A DNA stretch of 64,000 nucleotides from Octopus vulgaris (Eukaryota). Both the position numbers and the translations under genes were made by a program. Of this stretch, positions 13,080-27,307 are shown piece by piece. Where the stretch lies: positions 132,308,001 to 132,372,000 of the forward strand of contig OX597819.1 in assembly GCA_951406725.2 (NCBI GenBank), given 5' to 3'. The notes beneath the pieces were generated by a model. That model made no database searches, had not been told where the DNA came from, and was given only the letters and a program-made list of their open reading frames with translations. Position 1 is the first letter of the stretch. Every line of letters begins with the position of its first letter.

Positions 13080-15029
13080 ACATATCAGAATCTGGTTTTA
13101 TATTTGTTGGCCGATATAGTTTTCACGTGGTAAACTTCTTGTTTATAATTCAATAATTTAAAATTCTTAGAAATCGATCGTAATTTAAATTGGCTGATAT
13201 GCTTTTATTACCTCGTTTAATATCCCTGACTTGATTAAATTTTGTAAATCATAAGGAATATTTATTTAGGTAGATTTTATTGCTTGTCAGGAATTATAAT
13301 AATTTTTAACTTCATACCATGAAATTATTTCCATTGTATTTATACACCATTTTACATATTCTTTTATACACACATTTAATTTTTGGTTCTGGACTCGTCT
13401 CATTAAACCTTCAAACAGATGTTGACACCGAAACGATTTTTATGCATCAGAGCTCACGTGATGCGTCCGCATTCAGCGAAGTCTGCAACGAGGTTACCAT
13501 TCTCGGTTTAAATCAATTTGTGTTATTTTATTAAACCAACCTTCTTGCTAAGTTGTCAAACACCACACAATCTGTTTTTTTTAAATCACATTTAGCTTTT
13601 TGGATCTTTGCATAATTAAGAAATTAGTTTTAACTGTAATTAAAGCGCCCAGTGAACCGTGTGTACAAGTCTGTTTCGATCCCCAGTTGAAATCAATTTC
13701 TTTGGGACGTTAATTCCTCCGAGGAATAAACGAATCCCACTTTACTTAGAAATTTATTTTCCCAGACAATTGGGTGTTTTATATCCAACTCTTTCCTTCT
13801 CTTATATTATTATCTCGTCCATGTTGTCAAGTAAGCAAACATCGATGACTTCACAAAACTTAAATCAATGATTCTATTGTGAAGTGACATTTGCGGTTTG
13901 TTACAACAGCAATTATTGTCAAGAATATCTTTTTAGCAATTTCAATGAATGTAATTATTTCTTGGTAAAAATCGTTGAAAGAAAAACTGACAAAGAAATT
14001 ATTTTGTTTTCAATGCACCATTTCGACATCACAGTCTGCCAAGTGACTGTAAATAGGTAGCAATTATAGGTAGATCTCATTAATTAATAGCACAACATCA
14101 TTAAATATCGTGTGATTAGTTTGCAGTAATGTGGTTGAACACCTCTCCTGGGTTTTGATCGAGATACGAAAGATAACATTCCGCTGTTTGTCAATGTTAT
14201 TTGTAACTGGAGACAAATAACCAGGAAATTTCAATGTTCCAGCCACACTTTAAAACGAATAAAAATTCACAAGTCGCCACCGCCACCGCCGCCACCGCCA
14301 CCACCGCCGCCACCACCACCGCCGCCACCACCACCGCCGCCACCACCGCCGCCACCACCACCACCAACGTTGTGTTTCACTCTCTTCATTGTTACTTGAG
14401 GACGATTCCTTGATAAACATTTTTTTTTTCTCTCATTTCCTAAAGATGGCTAAACTGAAGAATTATCTGAAGTGGCACCATAACAAATATAAATAAAATA
14501 GATCACCGGAACCGGATGTACAGGAAGATGATAGGACGAACGCTGTGTTTATATCTGCTTTCTCTCTCCCCTCCCCCTCCTCCACCCATAGTTTGCCGTA
14601 GAACGCTGGCTACGATTCGAATAAAAGAGGAGACGGAGCCAAAGGCCAGTTGCGTTCTGTTTGTTGCTCGGTCGTTTGTTATTTGCTCATTTAGTATTCA
14701 TTACAGGATTTAAGATAATTACTCGTCTATTGTTAATCACTTCTTATTGTAAATACCAGTTAATAGATCAGATAGTGCAAAAGATTTAATCAGAATAGTA
14801 ATATACAAAAGCAGATTAATGGGAAAAAAAAGATGTTGAAGGAAGGAAACACGTAGGATTTGCCACTTTCAATTGTTTCACGTCGGTTGGAGCTAACAGG
14901 TGTGTGTGTGTGTATATACATAAACATACGTCTATGCCTACCTACCTACCTACCTACCTACCTACCTACCTACCTACCTACCTACCTACCTACCTACCTA
15001 CCTATCTACCTACCTACCTGCCTGCCTGC

Positions 15030-15091
<62 letters not shown>

Positions 15092-15096
15092 GTCTG

Positions 15097-15154
<58 letters not shown>

Positions 15155-15173
15155 AGTCTGTGTGTCTGTCTGC

Positions 15174-15238
<65 letters not shown>

Positions 15239-15251
15239 AATCTATCTATCT

Positions 15252-16686
15252 AACGAGATAACGAGTAGGGTGGTCAATGGGCCGAGTGGAAACTGTCCCT
15301 AAAAGGTCGGGCGGAGGTGGCGAACACGTACATCGCGTCCGTCATCTACTACCGCCTGACCCTCGTACCTTGTCCCGACCCTACCATCACAAAACTAGAA
15401 CGCATTCTCTTCCGCTTCTTGTGGAAAGGATGCGTCCCGATGGTCAGGCGATCCATTTGCTGTCAACACCCGTTAAAAGGAGGGCTGGGCATGTCGTGGT
15501 TAATGATGCGCAGACACGCGCTGAGACTGCGACATCTCAGACTCTACGTAGACGACGGCGAACTGGTGGGGTCGCCGTTTGTGAGGCACGCCTTCCCGCA
15601 ACTCGTTTCCATGACCGAACTGCAGTCGTGGATCAAAAAGAGGCCGAGGAAGGGCGAATGGCACCGCGAGTGTCGCGTTGCTCTCAAGCAACTATGTCGT
15701 CCCCGGTCGACCTTGAGCGACTTCAACACAACCAAAGCATTCTATAGGGGATTAGTGGAGGGGAGGTACGACGACGAGCTCGGGGCGAACCTGGACGTCG
15801 ACGAGGAATACCTGATCCGCCTGTTCAGGACGACTTTCGGGCCAGGACCCATGGACAATTTCCAGAGATCCCTGGCCTGGTAGTGCTATCGAGAAGCGCT
15901 ATCCGTTCGAGATAAGCTCTACAGACACGGCTCGAGAAACACGGGGCCGATCTGCCCGAGATGCAGTCAGAGCGACGAAACCGTTCTACACGCAATCGTG
16001 CAGTGTCCAACAATCTCCGACCTTTGGGCTTATGTCGAATGACTGCTGTCACGTGTGGGACGAGTCAGTTTATCAGCCGAGTCTATCGTCAATATTGTCT
16101 CGCCTCCTTCCTTCAAACGGGAACGAAGAGCTATTTTCATCATTCTTGTGGCTATGGCGAAAGAATGTATCTGGTGGACGCGTCTGAAAGGATTGGACAC
16201 AGACACTTTCCTCTCTGGTCAATCTCTCATCAACTTCAAGTATGACTTGAAAAGGAAAGTGAGAGTAGAAAGGCAAGTTTTGTCTAGCGAATGTTTAAAA
16301 AAATAGATGGGTGAATGTAGCAAGGATGGCACGTATGAATAACGATGCCACCTTGAGCATAATCCTATGAACCCGGAAAAATTGAAAACAGAGGGTTACT
16401 TACTCGCAAACAAATGTGTTAACATGTGACATTATTGACCGAGGTTACCGTGGTCTTTTCCGTAGGCTTTTCTGTACACGGATAAACTTTATCTGCTTAC
16501 CCCTTTACGCTTTACATCATGACATTTCTGTGATACACGATCCCTATTGATCGTTTTTTTCTTTCCCTTTTACAATCCCTTTTGATCTAAAACCTACCCC
16601 ACTTTTTTCTCTCTTCCCCAAAAAGAAAAGCTCTACTTTGTAATCTACCCCGTCTGTGTGCAGCCCTGTATGGATAATAAAGAAAC
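15252..16686 (+). mobile_element. 5'-truncated L1/Tx1-clade non-LTR retrotransposon (post-RT region, zf-RVT, 3' UTR)
   Basis: One frame reads [18 protein letters not shown]...RILFRFLWKG...KGGLG...CPRCSQSDETVLHAIVQCP...AKECIWWTR with a few point stops (15881, ~16040, 16304). It ends ggataataaagaaac. Confidence 0.88.
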
Positions 16687-16687
16687 A

Positions 16688-16744
<57 letters not shown>

Positions 16745-16789
16745 GTCTGTCTATCTATCTATCTATTTGTCTATCTATCTATGTATCTG

Positions 16790-17040
16790 GCGCAACATTG
16801 TGCGAAAAACAATAACAAAAGAGAGATACAGGTGAGATAGCAACAGACACAAAAGAGAGACACAGGTGAGATAGCAACAGACAAGGTGTATTAATTTTGA
16901 TGCTCAGGAGAAATGGAAGGGTCTTTGATGTTTCGAGCCTACGCTTTTCTACAGAAAGGAATGAAAAGGGAGAACAAATGGAAAAAGGTAAAAACGGAGA
17001 GAGAATGAAAAAGAAAAAGTATCTAAATTGACTGTTGCAC
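16790..17040 (-). mobile_element. Penelope-like pLTR fragment with variant hammerhead motif
   Basis: Minus strand cttt-CTGTAGA-a-aagc gtag gctc-GAAA-ca-TC-aaag (16923-16958). Homologous to 52800-53000. Confidence 0.6.
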
Positions 17041-17052
17041 ATGTATGTATAT

Positions 17053-17112
<60 letters not shown>

Positions 17113-17712
17113 TCTAGGGTTTACTATATATCAGTCAGTGATATATAAATAAAAGGTAAGAGAGTGATTTAAGACATAGACAAGATAGACAAATGCAAAT
17201 AAGATTCGATCAACAGACGGACAGAGAAAGAGGAGGATAGAGAGACCAACAGGCAAGAAGACAAATATACGGACAGAGACAGGGAAGATCAATAAATAGG
17301 TAGGCAGATATACAGGTTGAAAGATAAACAGAGAAATAGAGGAAAGAAGATGGAGAAAGAAGCAGGTAAGTGAGAGATTTAGTGACGATTGGATTTCGAG
17401 ATGACATACAGAGTAGAATTGAGTCGTTAAAATCAGAGAAGATTTCATTTTCGTGTTATAAGAGGAAAATGTTGGAGAGTAGTTAGCATGACAAAGCACA
17501 TTCGTGTCCAAGTTGTATGACGAGGGCAGCGTATATTAAGTCTGAAGAATTCAATTTTGATGAGGAAGAAAATGGCGAAGTTATGAGCTTTCTTTCTCGT
17601 CTGGTGCATTAGCGATGGAAATGAAATTAGTACAGCTTGACAGAAGCAGCTTCCAGTTATGCCACGGCATTGATCTCATCGCAAAGATAAACAAGCAGAG
17701 GAATAAATAGGA

Positions 17713-17778
<66 letters not shown>

Positions 17779-18009
17779 TGGGAAACGGAGAGGGTCGGAC
17801 GAGAGAGAAGGTGGTGGTGGTGGTGGAGAGAGACGGAAAGGTGGGGGAGAGGGCGAAGGAAGAAAGACAGAAGGTGCGAAGGTGTGTGTGTGTGTGTAAG
17901 AGAGACAAAGGAAGGATAGCATAGACACGCACACACATGTAGGTGTATGTGTGTTTCTCTCTATGTATGTATGTATGTATGTATGTATGTATGTATGTAT
18001 ATATATACT

Positions 18010-18051
<42 letters not shown>

Positions 18052-18090
18052 AGTATACATATATATATATATATATTTATATAAGTATAC

Positions 18091-18160
<70 letters not shown>

Positions 18161-18670
18161 CTATACTTATATAAATATATATGTACACACACACACGCGC
18201 GCATACACACACGCACACACACACGTCGTCTGTAAACGCAAGAGTGTTTGTGCATTATACGCAGGTGGTGAGCAAGAGAAAGATAGATAGATAGCTAGAT
18301 AAACAGACAGACAGACAGATGAAGAGAGAGAGGGAGGAAGAGAGAGAGGGAGAGAGAGAGGGAGGGAGTGAGAGAGAGGGAGAGAGAGAGGGAGGGAGTG
18401 AGAGAGAGGGAGAGAGAGAGGGGGAGAGAAAGAGAAATAATTACTTAATGAATGCTAAAAATTGATTTACACTGATTTTTATTAATCCATTTGAAAAAAG
18501 AAATTGTTTTGATGATTAAGTTTTGCAAACAACAACAACAACAACAGCCGCAACAACAACAACTACAAAAATAACAAAGTGACACATAAAGAAAAGAGGA
18601 ACAGAGAGACGTTCTCTCTCTTCTCTCTTCCTCTTCTGTGTGTGTGTGTGTGTGTGTACATATCAATCTC

Positions 18671-18725
<55 letters not shown>

Positions 18726-19570
18726 ATATATATATATGAAGAGGAAGTAGAAGGGTTGAGTGTTAAGCATGGGCAATATGTCGCCTTATTAGATGTCTCG
18801 CTCGTCTCTCCGCCACTATTACACGCCATAACCTTCTAACTTTTAACCCTTTTCTTCGGTCGATAATTCCAGAGATTTCCATCAGTCACGTTCCAACCGT
18901 TAAGCCAAGCCAACAGATGAGACGACGACTCGACACTAAACACATTAATTAATTCAATAAACAACTAAATAAATAAAACTCAAAAAAACGTAACAAGAAG
19001 CAAAAGCGAATAAATATAAAAAAAAAAAAAGAACGAGAGAAAAAAAAACAACCTTTTAAAGTTTGTCTAAATGAAAATCTATTTTAAAAAGGAGTAGGTA
19101 TTTTGCCTGAAAACACGAAAATGCACGAATTAAAGTTGAGACTAGCATGGAAGGACGCTGCTTGAAAAGAAAGAAAAGTGAAAAAAGAAGAAGTTAGAAA
19201 GTAAGAAAGAAAACAAATACTATTTTCTTTCTCTTCTTTCTCCTTTTTTTTTTTACCAAGATATAATGAATCACTATTGAGTCACGTAGTCGTAGAAAGA
19301 TTTGCTGCTAATTACCACGAAAAAGCTTCCCATAATGCATCACACACACACCGACTGAGAGGAGTTTTTCATAAGAGACAAGTAGATGACAATTTGGATT
19401 ATGTATAGATATATCTCTAACTGTCTGCATACGTACATACGTATCTCTCTCTCTCTCTATTAAAATAATTGGATTAAGTTATTTGCTCTTCACGCAAGAC
19501 ATCTTGTGCGATTCGCACTCACACAAGAATAACTTAGTTCTCATCTCAAAAATAAGATTAACAAGAAAAG

Positions 19571-19630
<60 letters not shown>

Positions 19631-19675
19631 GTTTCAAATTTTGCCGCGAGGCCAGCTGTTTCATGTAGAGGATGT

Positions 19676-19822
19676 TACCCGATTACAGGGGTCAACTGGT
19701 ACTCTATTTCCTCGACCCTGAAAGGCAAAGTTGAGCTCGGCGGTATTTGAACTTAGAACGGAAAGAGCGTGAAGAAACGCTGCAAGGTATTTCGTCCGGT
19801 GCGCTAACGATTCTGCCAGCTT
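19676..19822 (-). mobile_element. SINE family B, diverged
   Basis: caactggtact...gaaaggcaaagttgagctcggcggtatttgaact...aacgattctgccagct. Confidence 0.8.
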
Positions 19823-20085
19823 TAGGAAACCCCATGGCATCAGAACTGCAAAAACATTGCTCTCACAGGTACCGCCCGCATTCTAAGGAAGACAATGTCG
19901 ACTTGAAAATACCTGATTCTTCTTAAAACTCTTTCAAAACTGAAACATTACAAATTTAATAGAATTTTAGTTTTCAGATTCTGGTCTCCTTCCCATAAAT
20001 AACATTCACAGTCAAATGTCCAACTCGCTCGAGGGCTGCGAGGGAGACTCGGAACAGTTCGAAGAGAAAGAAAGCAACGCTGATG

Positions 20086-20130
<45 letters not shown>

Positions 20131-20324
20131 GGAACAACAACAACCACCACCACCACCACCACCACAACAACAACAACAACAAAAGCAGTTTCGTTGGGAA
20201 CAGCTTGTGCCCTAAGGGAATTCTTGTTATTACCTGCTTTCAAGAAATGAAAAAATGGGAGTTAAGATTTACCCGCGGCTTAGAGAAAGATATAAATAAC
20301 AATAATCCTTTCTATTATAGGCAC

Positions 20325-20448
20325 AAAGCGTGAAATTTTTTGTGGGTTGGGGGCAAATCGGTTACGTCGACCCAACTACGTAACTGGTACTTATTTTATC
20401 AACCCCCAAAGGGATGAAAGGCAGAGTTTTCCTCGGCGGAATTTTAAC
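20325..20448 (-). mobile_element. SINE family B 3' half
   Basis: taactggtacttattttatc...gatgaaaggcagag...ctcggcggaattt. Confidence 0.75.
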
Positions 20449-20454
20449 GTAAAT

Positions 20455-20858
20455 AATGATAATAGAAATCAGACATTGTTGTGGTAAAAAAAAGAAGAAA
20501 GAACGTGTATGATAATCGATATTCCATGTCCTGGTGACAACAAAATCAAAGAGAAAGAAGAAAAACTGAACAACTTCGACGATTTGAAGTGGGATATACG
20601 AAGGTTGTGGTTAATGCAGTTGGTGCACTTTGAAGTGTCAGCACTCGACTACGAACAGGGCCAGAAAAGATTGGGGCAAATGTGAAGGTAGAAGACCTAC
20701 AAGAATCAGCATTGCTTGGAACTGCAAGAATTCTTGGCAGGGTTCTTGACCAGTAAACAAGTGTCCCATTAGTCTGCTGGCTATAGACAGCTGACACTTT
20801 CCATCAAACCCTGCAAAATAAGTTGTGAGTTTTTCACCGAATAACAACAACAACAACA
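20455..20858 (+). mobile_element. R4/Dong-like RLE 3' fragment
   Basis: DIVVVKKEERTCMIIDIPCPGD...VGAL...LQESALLGTARILGRVL*, then a short 3' UTR and (CAA)n tail. Confidence 0.78.
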
Positions 20859-21130
20859 TTCTGCTCAATACCACCTGGTATAAAAGACGGGCTACAGCAA
20901 ATATTCAGTTCAATACCACAGATTTTCTTGTCAGTTATTTGACCATAACCAGTTGAGCATGCCCCTTAGAGGCTGTTTATCTTGATATGAGATCACCACT
21001 TCGTGCACATATGGTTGTGATGCATGTGCCTTGTGTAACCTTATCAGACGGGTAGTCATGATGGGTATACTGGGCTTTGTATATTTTACCCCAATGTCAA
21101 TTTGATGGCATGCACTGCTCTCTCACTCAA

Positions 21131-21278
<148 letters not shown>

Positions 21279-21796
21279 AAAGAAAAGCGCCTGCCCTGAC
21301 GACTGCTGGACGTGTTCTTCGCTGTTCAGACCAGTCAGCAACTGAAAGACTGGAATATCTACAATTTCCTGTGAGTATTTTAAATCCCCCCCCCCCCCAA
21401 TATGTTAAGAAACCTACATATCTACAGTTTTCGAACACACAAACGATCAGCTTTAAAAATTTAATATCTACAACTTCTGTGAATACCTATCCTTTCCGTT
21501 CTCCCCGAGTATTCGAAAATGTAAACATTTTTTTAATTCTTAGAACACTACAATTTTCTCTATTTAGTAAATTTTAAAACTTTAATATCTACAGTTTTCT
21601 GTGAATATGTAAACGTGCATTTTATTGCAATAACACAATTAAATGCACGTTGAAAAAAAATTGAAGAGGTAAGCACCTACCAATATATACAAACTGCACA
21701 ATTACAAAAAACTGTAAACCACTGCAAAACTTATAAAAAGAAAAGAAAAATTTTTTAAAATTCAGAAATTCAAAAAATTCAACGATGTTAACATCA

Positions 21797-21858
<62 letters not shown>

Positions 21859-22114
21859 TTATTTATACATATATATTGGTGTATTGGTTCTTTTCAAGGC
21901 CAAGGTCAGCGCTCTCGTTGACCGCTAGTAGTAGTAAGCACATTTGACCTCGGCTGACCCCAAGAGTGGTGATCTCTTTACCATCTGCCAAATCTACTGC
22001 TTCTCTTCCTACTGTTCCTTTCAACCCTCACATTTATGATTATCTCACAAAGGTTGAAACTAAATAACATTTAATAATATTTTTTAATAATAAATGGAAA
22101 TGATGATGATGATG

Positions 22115-22171
<57 letters not shown>

Positions 22172-22200
22172 TTAATATTAATAATAATAATAATAATAAT

Positions 22201-22945
22201 CACACACAAATGAAAGAGAAAATAAAGAAAGAATACTATAGACGAGTTAGATCAATACTAAAAACAGAACTCAATGCTAAAAACAAGATAATAGGTATCA
22301 ACACTTTAGCCGTCCCAGTTATAAGTTACTGCTACAATATCCTTAACTGGACACTAAATGAACTAACCAAAATAGATAGGAAAACAAGAAAAATAATGAC
22401 AGGATCTAGGACGCATCACCCAAAATCTGACATAGAAAGGCTATATATACAACGTATAGAAGGTGGTATAAGCCTTATACAGCTGGAAAACTACTATAAA
22501 ATAACCACCATAGGACTGCAAAAATATCTACTTCAGAAGGAAGGAAAACTGATACAAATAGCGGCAAAACACGAGCAAAACAAAAAACTGTTCTCAGTAT
22601 TTAAGGAAGCTGACAAATACAAACAAGAAATCATACCACCTAACAAATATAAAGAAGAAGAAGAAGAAGAAGATGAAGAAACAACAAAAGCTATAAAACA
22701 AATGAAATCCAAACTAAAACTAGAACAGCAAAGAACCATGATAAAACGATGGCAAGAAAAACTCCTTTACGGTAAATACTGGACTAAACTAAATGCAAAA
22801 GAAATAGACAAAGAAAAATCCCAGCAATGGTTGAGAAGCTCAAAACTCAAAGCAGAGTTCACTTGTAGTGAACATCTGACACGGTAGTGCATCTCCAGCG
22901 TTAGAAGCTGTGCGAAGGCAACAACAACAAGAACAACAACAATAA
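22201..22945 (+). mobile_element. R4/Dong-like retrotransposon fragment (RT thumb/C-terminal region), internally deleted
   Basis: 225-aa ORF KEYYRRVRSILKTELNAKNKI..INTLAVPVISY..IDRKTRKIM..HHPKSDIERLY..GG..L...WLRSSKLKAE, then an abrupt jump to a UTR-like segment and (CAA)n. Preceded by (TAA)n. Confidence 0.85.
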
Positions 22946-24069
22946 GAATTAATCATAGGATTCGAAGTAACTAGCGATGAACAGCGTTAATAAGTAGGGA
23001 GTACCAACAGAGAGTATCTACAAAGAATAGAAACAGTTCAAAAGGGGAGTTTGTTGGTTTACTGCGATGAAGAGGGAAATTCTAACGTTTCAGTCAGAAT
23101 CAGTTATCACAGAGAAATATAGAATTATTGTTGGGAGTGAATTGAGAGGAGAGAGGAGGAGGGGAAGAGGGATAGATAGAGAGGAGGAGGGGAAGCGGGA
23201 GAGAGAGGAAGGGAGAGTGTGGAGAAGAGAGAAGCGAAGAATAAGCGAGTGGAGAGAAATACTGGAGAATCTACTTCTTCAGTGTATTGTCTTTCCATGT
23301 GCAAATACACATGAACATGTTAAATATGGCTGCACATAATTATAATTCCTTAATTTGTTTATTAAGGTGTGTTTAGTAATCGCGAAAGTCAGTAGTTCTT
23401 GCATGCTTTCTTCTTTTCTAAAGTGGAGTCGCATCTCATTCTCATTTGAGTCAGAATCATTAACTTAGTAAACGTAATTTCATTCAAAATTTTTGGAGAT
23501 TAGCAAACCTCAACATTTTAGAATCATCAGAGCATGGAGAATCCGAAAAATCAATGTTGCTATTTGTCCAGGCAACACCATAAACGCCATTTTGCATTTT
23601 CAAAATGGACGCCACAAATAAATATACCTCGACTCGTAGTCGATCTAGAAATTTAATTAAGTCTGCTAATCCTATGTTTTCTGGGCCAAAGAATCGGATA
23701 AAGGCCAAAAATAATGCTTAAGATAATAGATAATAGAAAAACCAACAAGTATAGCTGAAAACTATCGTCGTCAGTATTTGTGACTTTACTGTATAAGACA
23801 CGTTGCAAGTTCTCTGAAGTTTTAGGCACGAGTTTATGAAAGGAAGAAAACAGTTGGCTAGTTCTTAGATTCAATTTAAAATTCTATAAGCATTATCTAC
23901 GACGTTCATATCGTTCAGCATTATTCAATTATAGATTTTCATTCCAGTCTTGAATGTAATTTTCGGCATTACTGTCTGTGCCATTTTGGCCGTCTCTTCT
24001 ATACAAAGGTGTCTGCAAGTCGTGTCCCCTGCCATTTCTCAATGCTGAAAGTCCACAGATGTATAACAC

Positions 24070-24405
24070 TGTGAAGGCGTGTCGCTTAGTGGTAAGGGTA
24101 TTCAACTCGCAAGTGTAAGCTCGTGAGTTCGATTCCCGTCGGCGCGTTGTGTCCTTGGCACTTTATTCACGTTGGGCACTTTATTTCAAGTTGCTCCAGT
24201 TCACTCAGCTGGCAAAAATAAGTCGTACCTTTGGTTCCAGGGGCCAGCCTTGTCACATTCTGCGTCAACGCTGAATATTTCTGAGAACTACGTTAAGGGT
24301 ACGTGTGTCTGTGGAGTGCTCAGCCATTTGCATGCTAATTTCAGGATCAGGCTGCTCCGTTGATCGAATCAACTGGAACCCAAAGTCATTGTAACTGACG
24401 GAGAG
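24070..24405 (+). mobile_element. tRNA-derived SINE (family C-related head) nested in the Academ-like element
   Basis: tgtgaaggcgtgtcgcttagtggtaagggtattc...gagttcgattccc...gttgtgtccttgg...gttgctccagttcactcagctgg. Confidence 0.78.
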
Positions 24406-26889
24406 TTGGGGACTGCTTGGCCCTAATAAACTCCACTACGGAGCCTGATAAGATAGTACCTCATTATAGCCATTTGACTTGAGTTGAAAAAACGGTGCCA
24501 CATCAAAGTGGCTTGGCTCCACACTTCACACTTCACTTTCTATGTGCACATACTCAGTCTACTCCTCAAAGGCATCAACGGTAGGAAACAAGTCATTACC
24601 TTCTGCGAGATGTTACCTAAAGCCAGCGTAACTTATTCCGTAGATGACATTTTGGACCGTACAATAAGCATATTAAACTTGTCGATGTCTCTTTCACTTC
24701 CTGTTTTCAATCACCTTCGTCTGTCAGTTTTATAAAAGCTGAGATAATATTCCTTTCCATTTTCATGATAGGGAAGCTTGGAGAGTGTTTGTGGATGGAT
24801 GAGTGAATTTGATGTTGCTCAAAGGGGTACGAACCAGCACGATGCGGCGGGAGTAAACCAGCATATGCTGTCGGGTCCCGCTGCTGATAGTGGGGGTTGC
24901 GTTCTATGCCTTGACCCGAACATTGGACGGGGCTCACCTTTTTGAGCTGGGAAATGAATAGAATGTCTGGTGTGAGTCTTGTGGCAACCCCCTCCTAAAA
25001 AACGGGAAATAAGTCTGGGTGTATGCATACGCACCTTCATGAATGGTTCAAACACTTGTTTTAGCCTACTCTAGAAAACCTCCCAACTATCTTAGCTCCA
25101 TTGAATGTGTGGAATAAGGGTAACTCTGTTGTCTTGTGTTTACCCAGCGCATTCCAAACTGGTTCTGTCTCTAAAGAACCTGATACCATACGTACCTTAG
25201 TGAAGTGGCAGAGATGGCCGCATATAAAACAACCAGAACCAACACACCAAAGAAAACCATACCTTTGTCAGTAGACAATGCTACTTAGCAGATTAATACC
25301 AACCTTACTATGGTTCTTATCTTCAGACTGTAATACGAGAAGTTGATTTTTGTGGTTATAGGAAATTTGGCCATAAACATTTCTGCAGGAAAATTCGCCT
25401 TAAAACAATTCTGCAGACTCGGCTTTTTGTCTGGGTTAACGCCAACGTAAAGACTAACTTTAAGAGTTTGTGTTAGTTTTGAGTATTGGTATTTAGACAC
25501 TCCTGTTTTCACGTTTTTCATCAGAGAGGAAGTGACTCCTTTAGCGTGTTTACTATGGACGTCATCACTTGACTTCCTGAAGAAATGATACTTGTCTTGT
25601 CGTTGTTTCTCTTTTGTTTTTTCTTTTGATGCTTCAGCTTTTTAGGTGCCAGGAAATAGCTTCGTCAACACCAGATGTCTGACACTGAATTCTTGAATCC
25701 ATTCACAACAGTAATTTGAGGACTTCGGAGGAAGCTGAAGATGTTTCTGAGATGTTGCTGTCTGTGCATTCTAATGGCTCTTGTTTGTTTCAAGCTTTTT
25801 CACATAAGAATGGTTGTACAAGAATGGTTCCATTCAGGGAAAGTAATGTTCTGCGATTCAGAGGAAACTCATAGGTTCCTGTTGTATCCTTTTGACTCGA
25901 TGACAACCAAAAATCCGATCTTGACTTTCTTTTATTTCTTTCAGATCCATTCACTGGTCGCCAACCATAGCAATTTGCTTCTTGTTTCCTGACAAAAGCA
26001 CGGCGTTCTAATTCTTCTCGACTGCGGCCCACAGACCGACATCTTCAACGAGAGATGTTTGAAAACGTATTCTTTATCGTGTTTCTGGTCTCTTTCATCG
26101 ATTTTCAACATCCTATAGAACTCTCTCATGAAGAACTTACGCCGTGAACTGATTACCCTCCACATCAAAGAGATTTTTGTGATTCTGTGATAGATTTGAC
26201 GTTAAAGATACGGTTCTCTACATCTACCTTGTGATGTTCTTAAGGTTTATGAGCAGGGACACTAATTTAACCCTTAAACTTTGTTTTGAGGTGTGACATT
26301 TCTGTTGTGGTCGACCACTACCATACATTGGCGTTTATTAGAAATACCAATTAACCCAGAGTTAACGTATTACTTAGTTATTCGCATACATTGTTTGTAC
26401 AAAGGGAGACAAACAATATTTTACTGCCACATATGTATTCCTGTCTTGAAGTTCATGTCACAATTCTGGGCAGTTTCTCTTCAGATCCTGCGATGTATGG
26501 CGGTCAAAGGCGTTTGTATTTTGTCCAATTTTGGACAAAGAAAAGCTCAATTTCTATTTTTCCCGTATACAAGTGGTGGACTGTATCGGAATTTCTAGGA
26601 GAAGCCATATATCTTCGAGAAGGCTATTGACTTGACTGGACATAGCGTTAGAATGTTATTCTTTCTAGGTTTTCAACATCTCAGTTACATGTTCATCCAT
26701 GAGGGTTTGGTCTAGGTTGGTATTGTCATTAGCGGAACATCCTGGAGCCGTGCTTCTGTCAATCGCTGACTTTTCCAAAAGCTTTGCTGGAACTTATTCA
26801 TTGACTTTGAGCAGATGAATTCAAAGTTTGGATTTTCTGTGCAGAACTTGTCCAGGTGAACTTCACACAGAGCCAGATATCAATATGAG

Positions 26890-27307
26890 AAGGCGGCGAG
26901 CTGGCAGAATCGTTAGCACGCCGGGCGAAATGCTTAGCGGTATTTCGTCTGCGTTACGTTGTGAGTTCAAATTCCGCCGAGGTCGACTTTGCCTTTCATC
27001 CTTTCGGGGTCGATAAATTAAGTACCAGTTACGCACTGGGGTCGATGTAATCGACTTAATACCTATGTCTGTCCTTGTTTGTCCCCTCTGTGTTTAGCCC
27101 CTTGTGGGTAATAAAGAAATAGGTATTTCGTCTGTCGCTACGTTCTGAGATAAAATTCCACCGAGGTCGGCTTTGCCTTTCATCCTTTCAGGGTCGATAA
27201 ATTAAGTACCAGTTACGCACTGGGGTCGATGTAATCGACTTAATCCGTTTGTCTGTCCTTGTTCGTCCCCTCTGTGTTTAGCCCCCTGTGGGTAGTAAAG
27301 AAATAGG
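26890..27307 (+). mobile_element. SINE family B with tandemly duplicated body and 12-bp TSD
   Basis: aaggcggcgagctggcagaatcgttagc...gagttcaaattcc head. The body repeats from ~27121. tatcaatatgag flanks both ends (26878-26889, 27308-27319). Confidence 0.93.

Noticed and set aside
21612-21651. 11-bp inverted repeat aacgtgcattt/aaatgcacgtt followed by an A run (terminator-like)
   Set aside because: Isolated short hairpin in eukaryotic repeat DNA with no supporting context.
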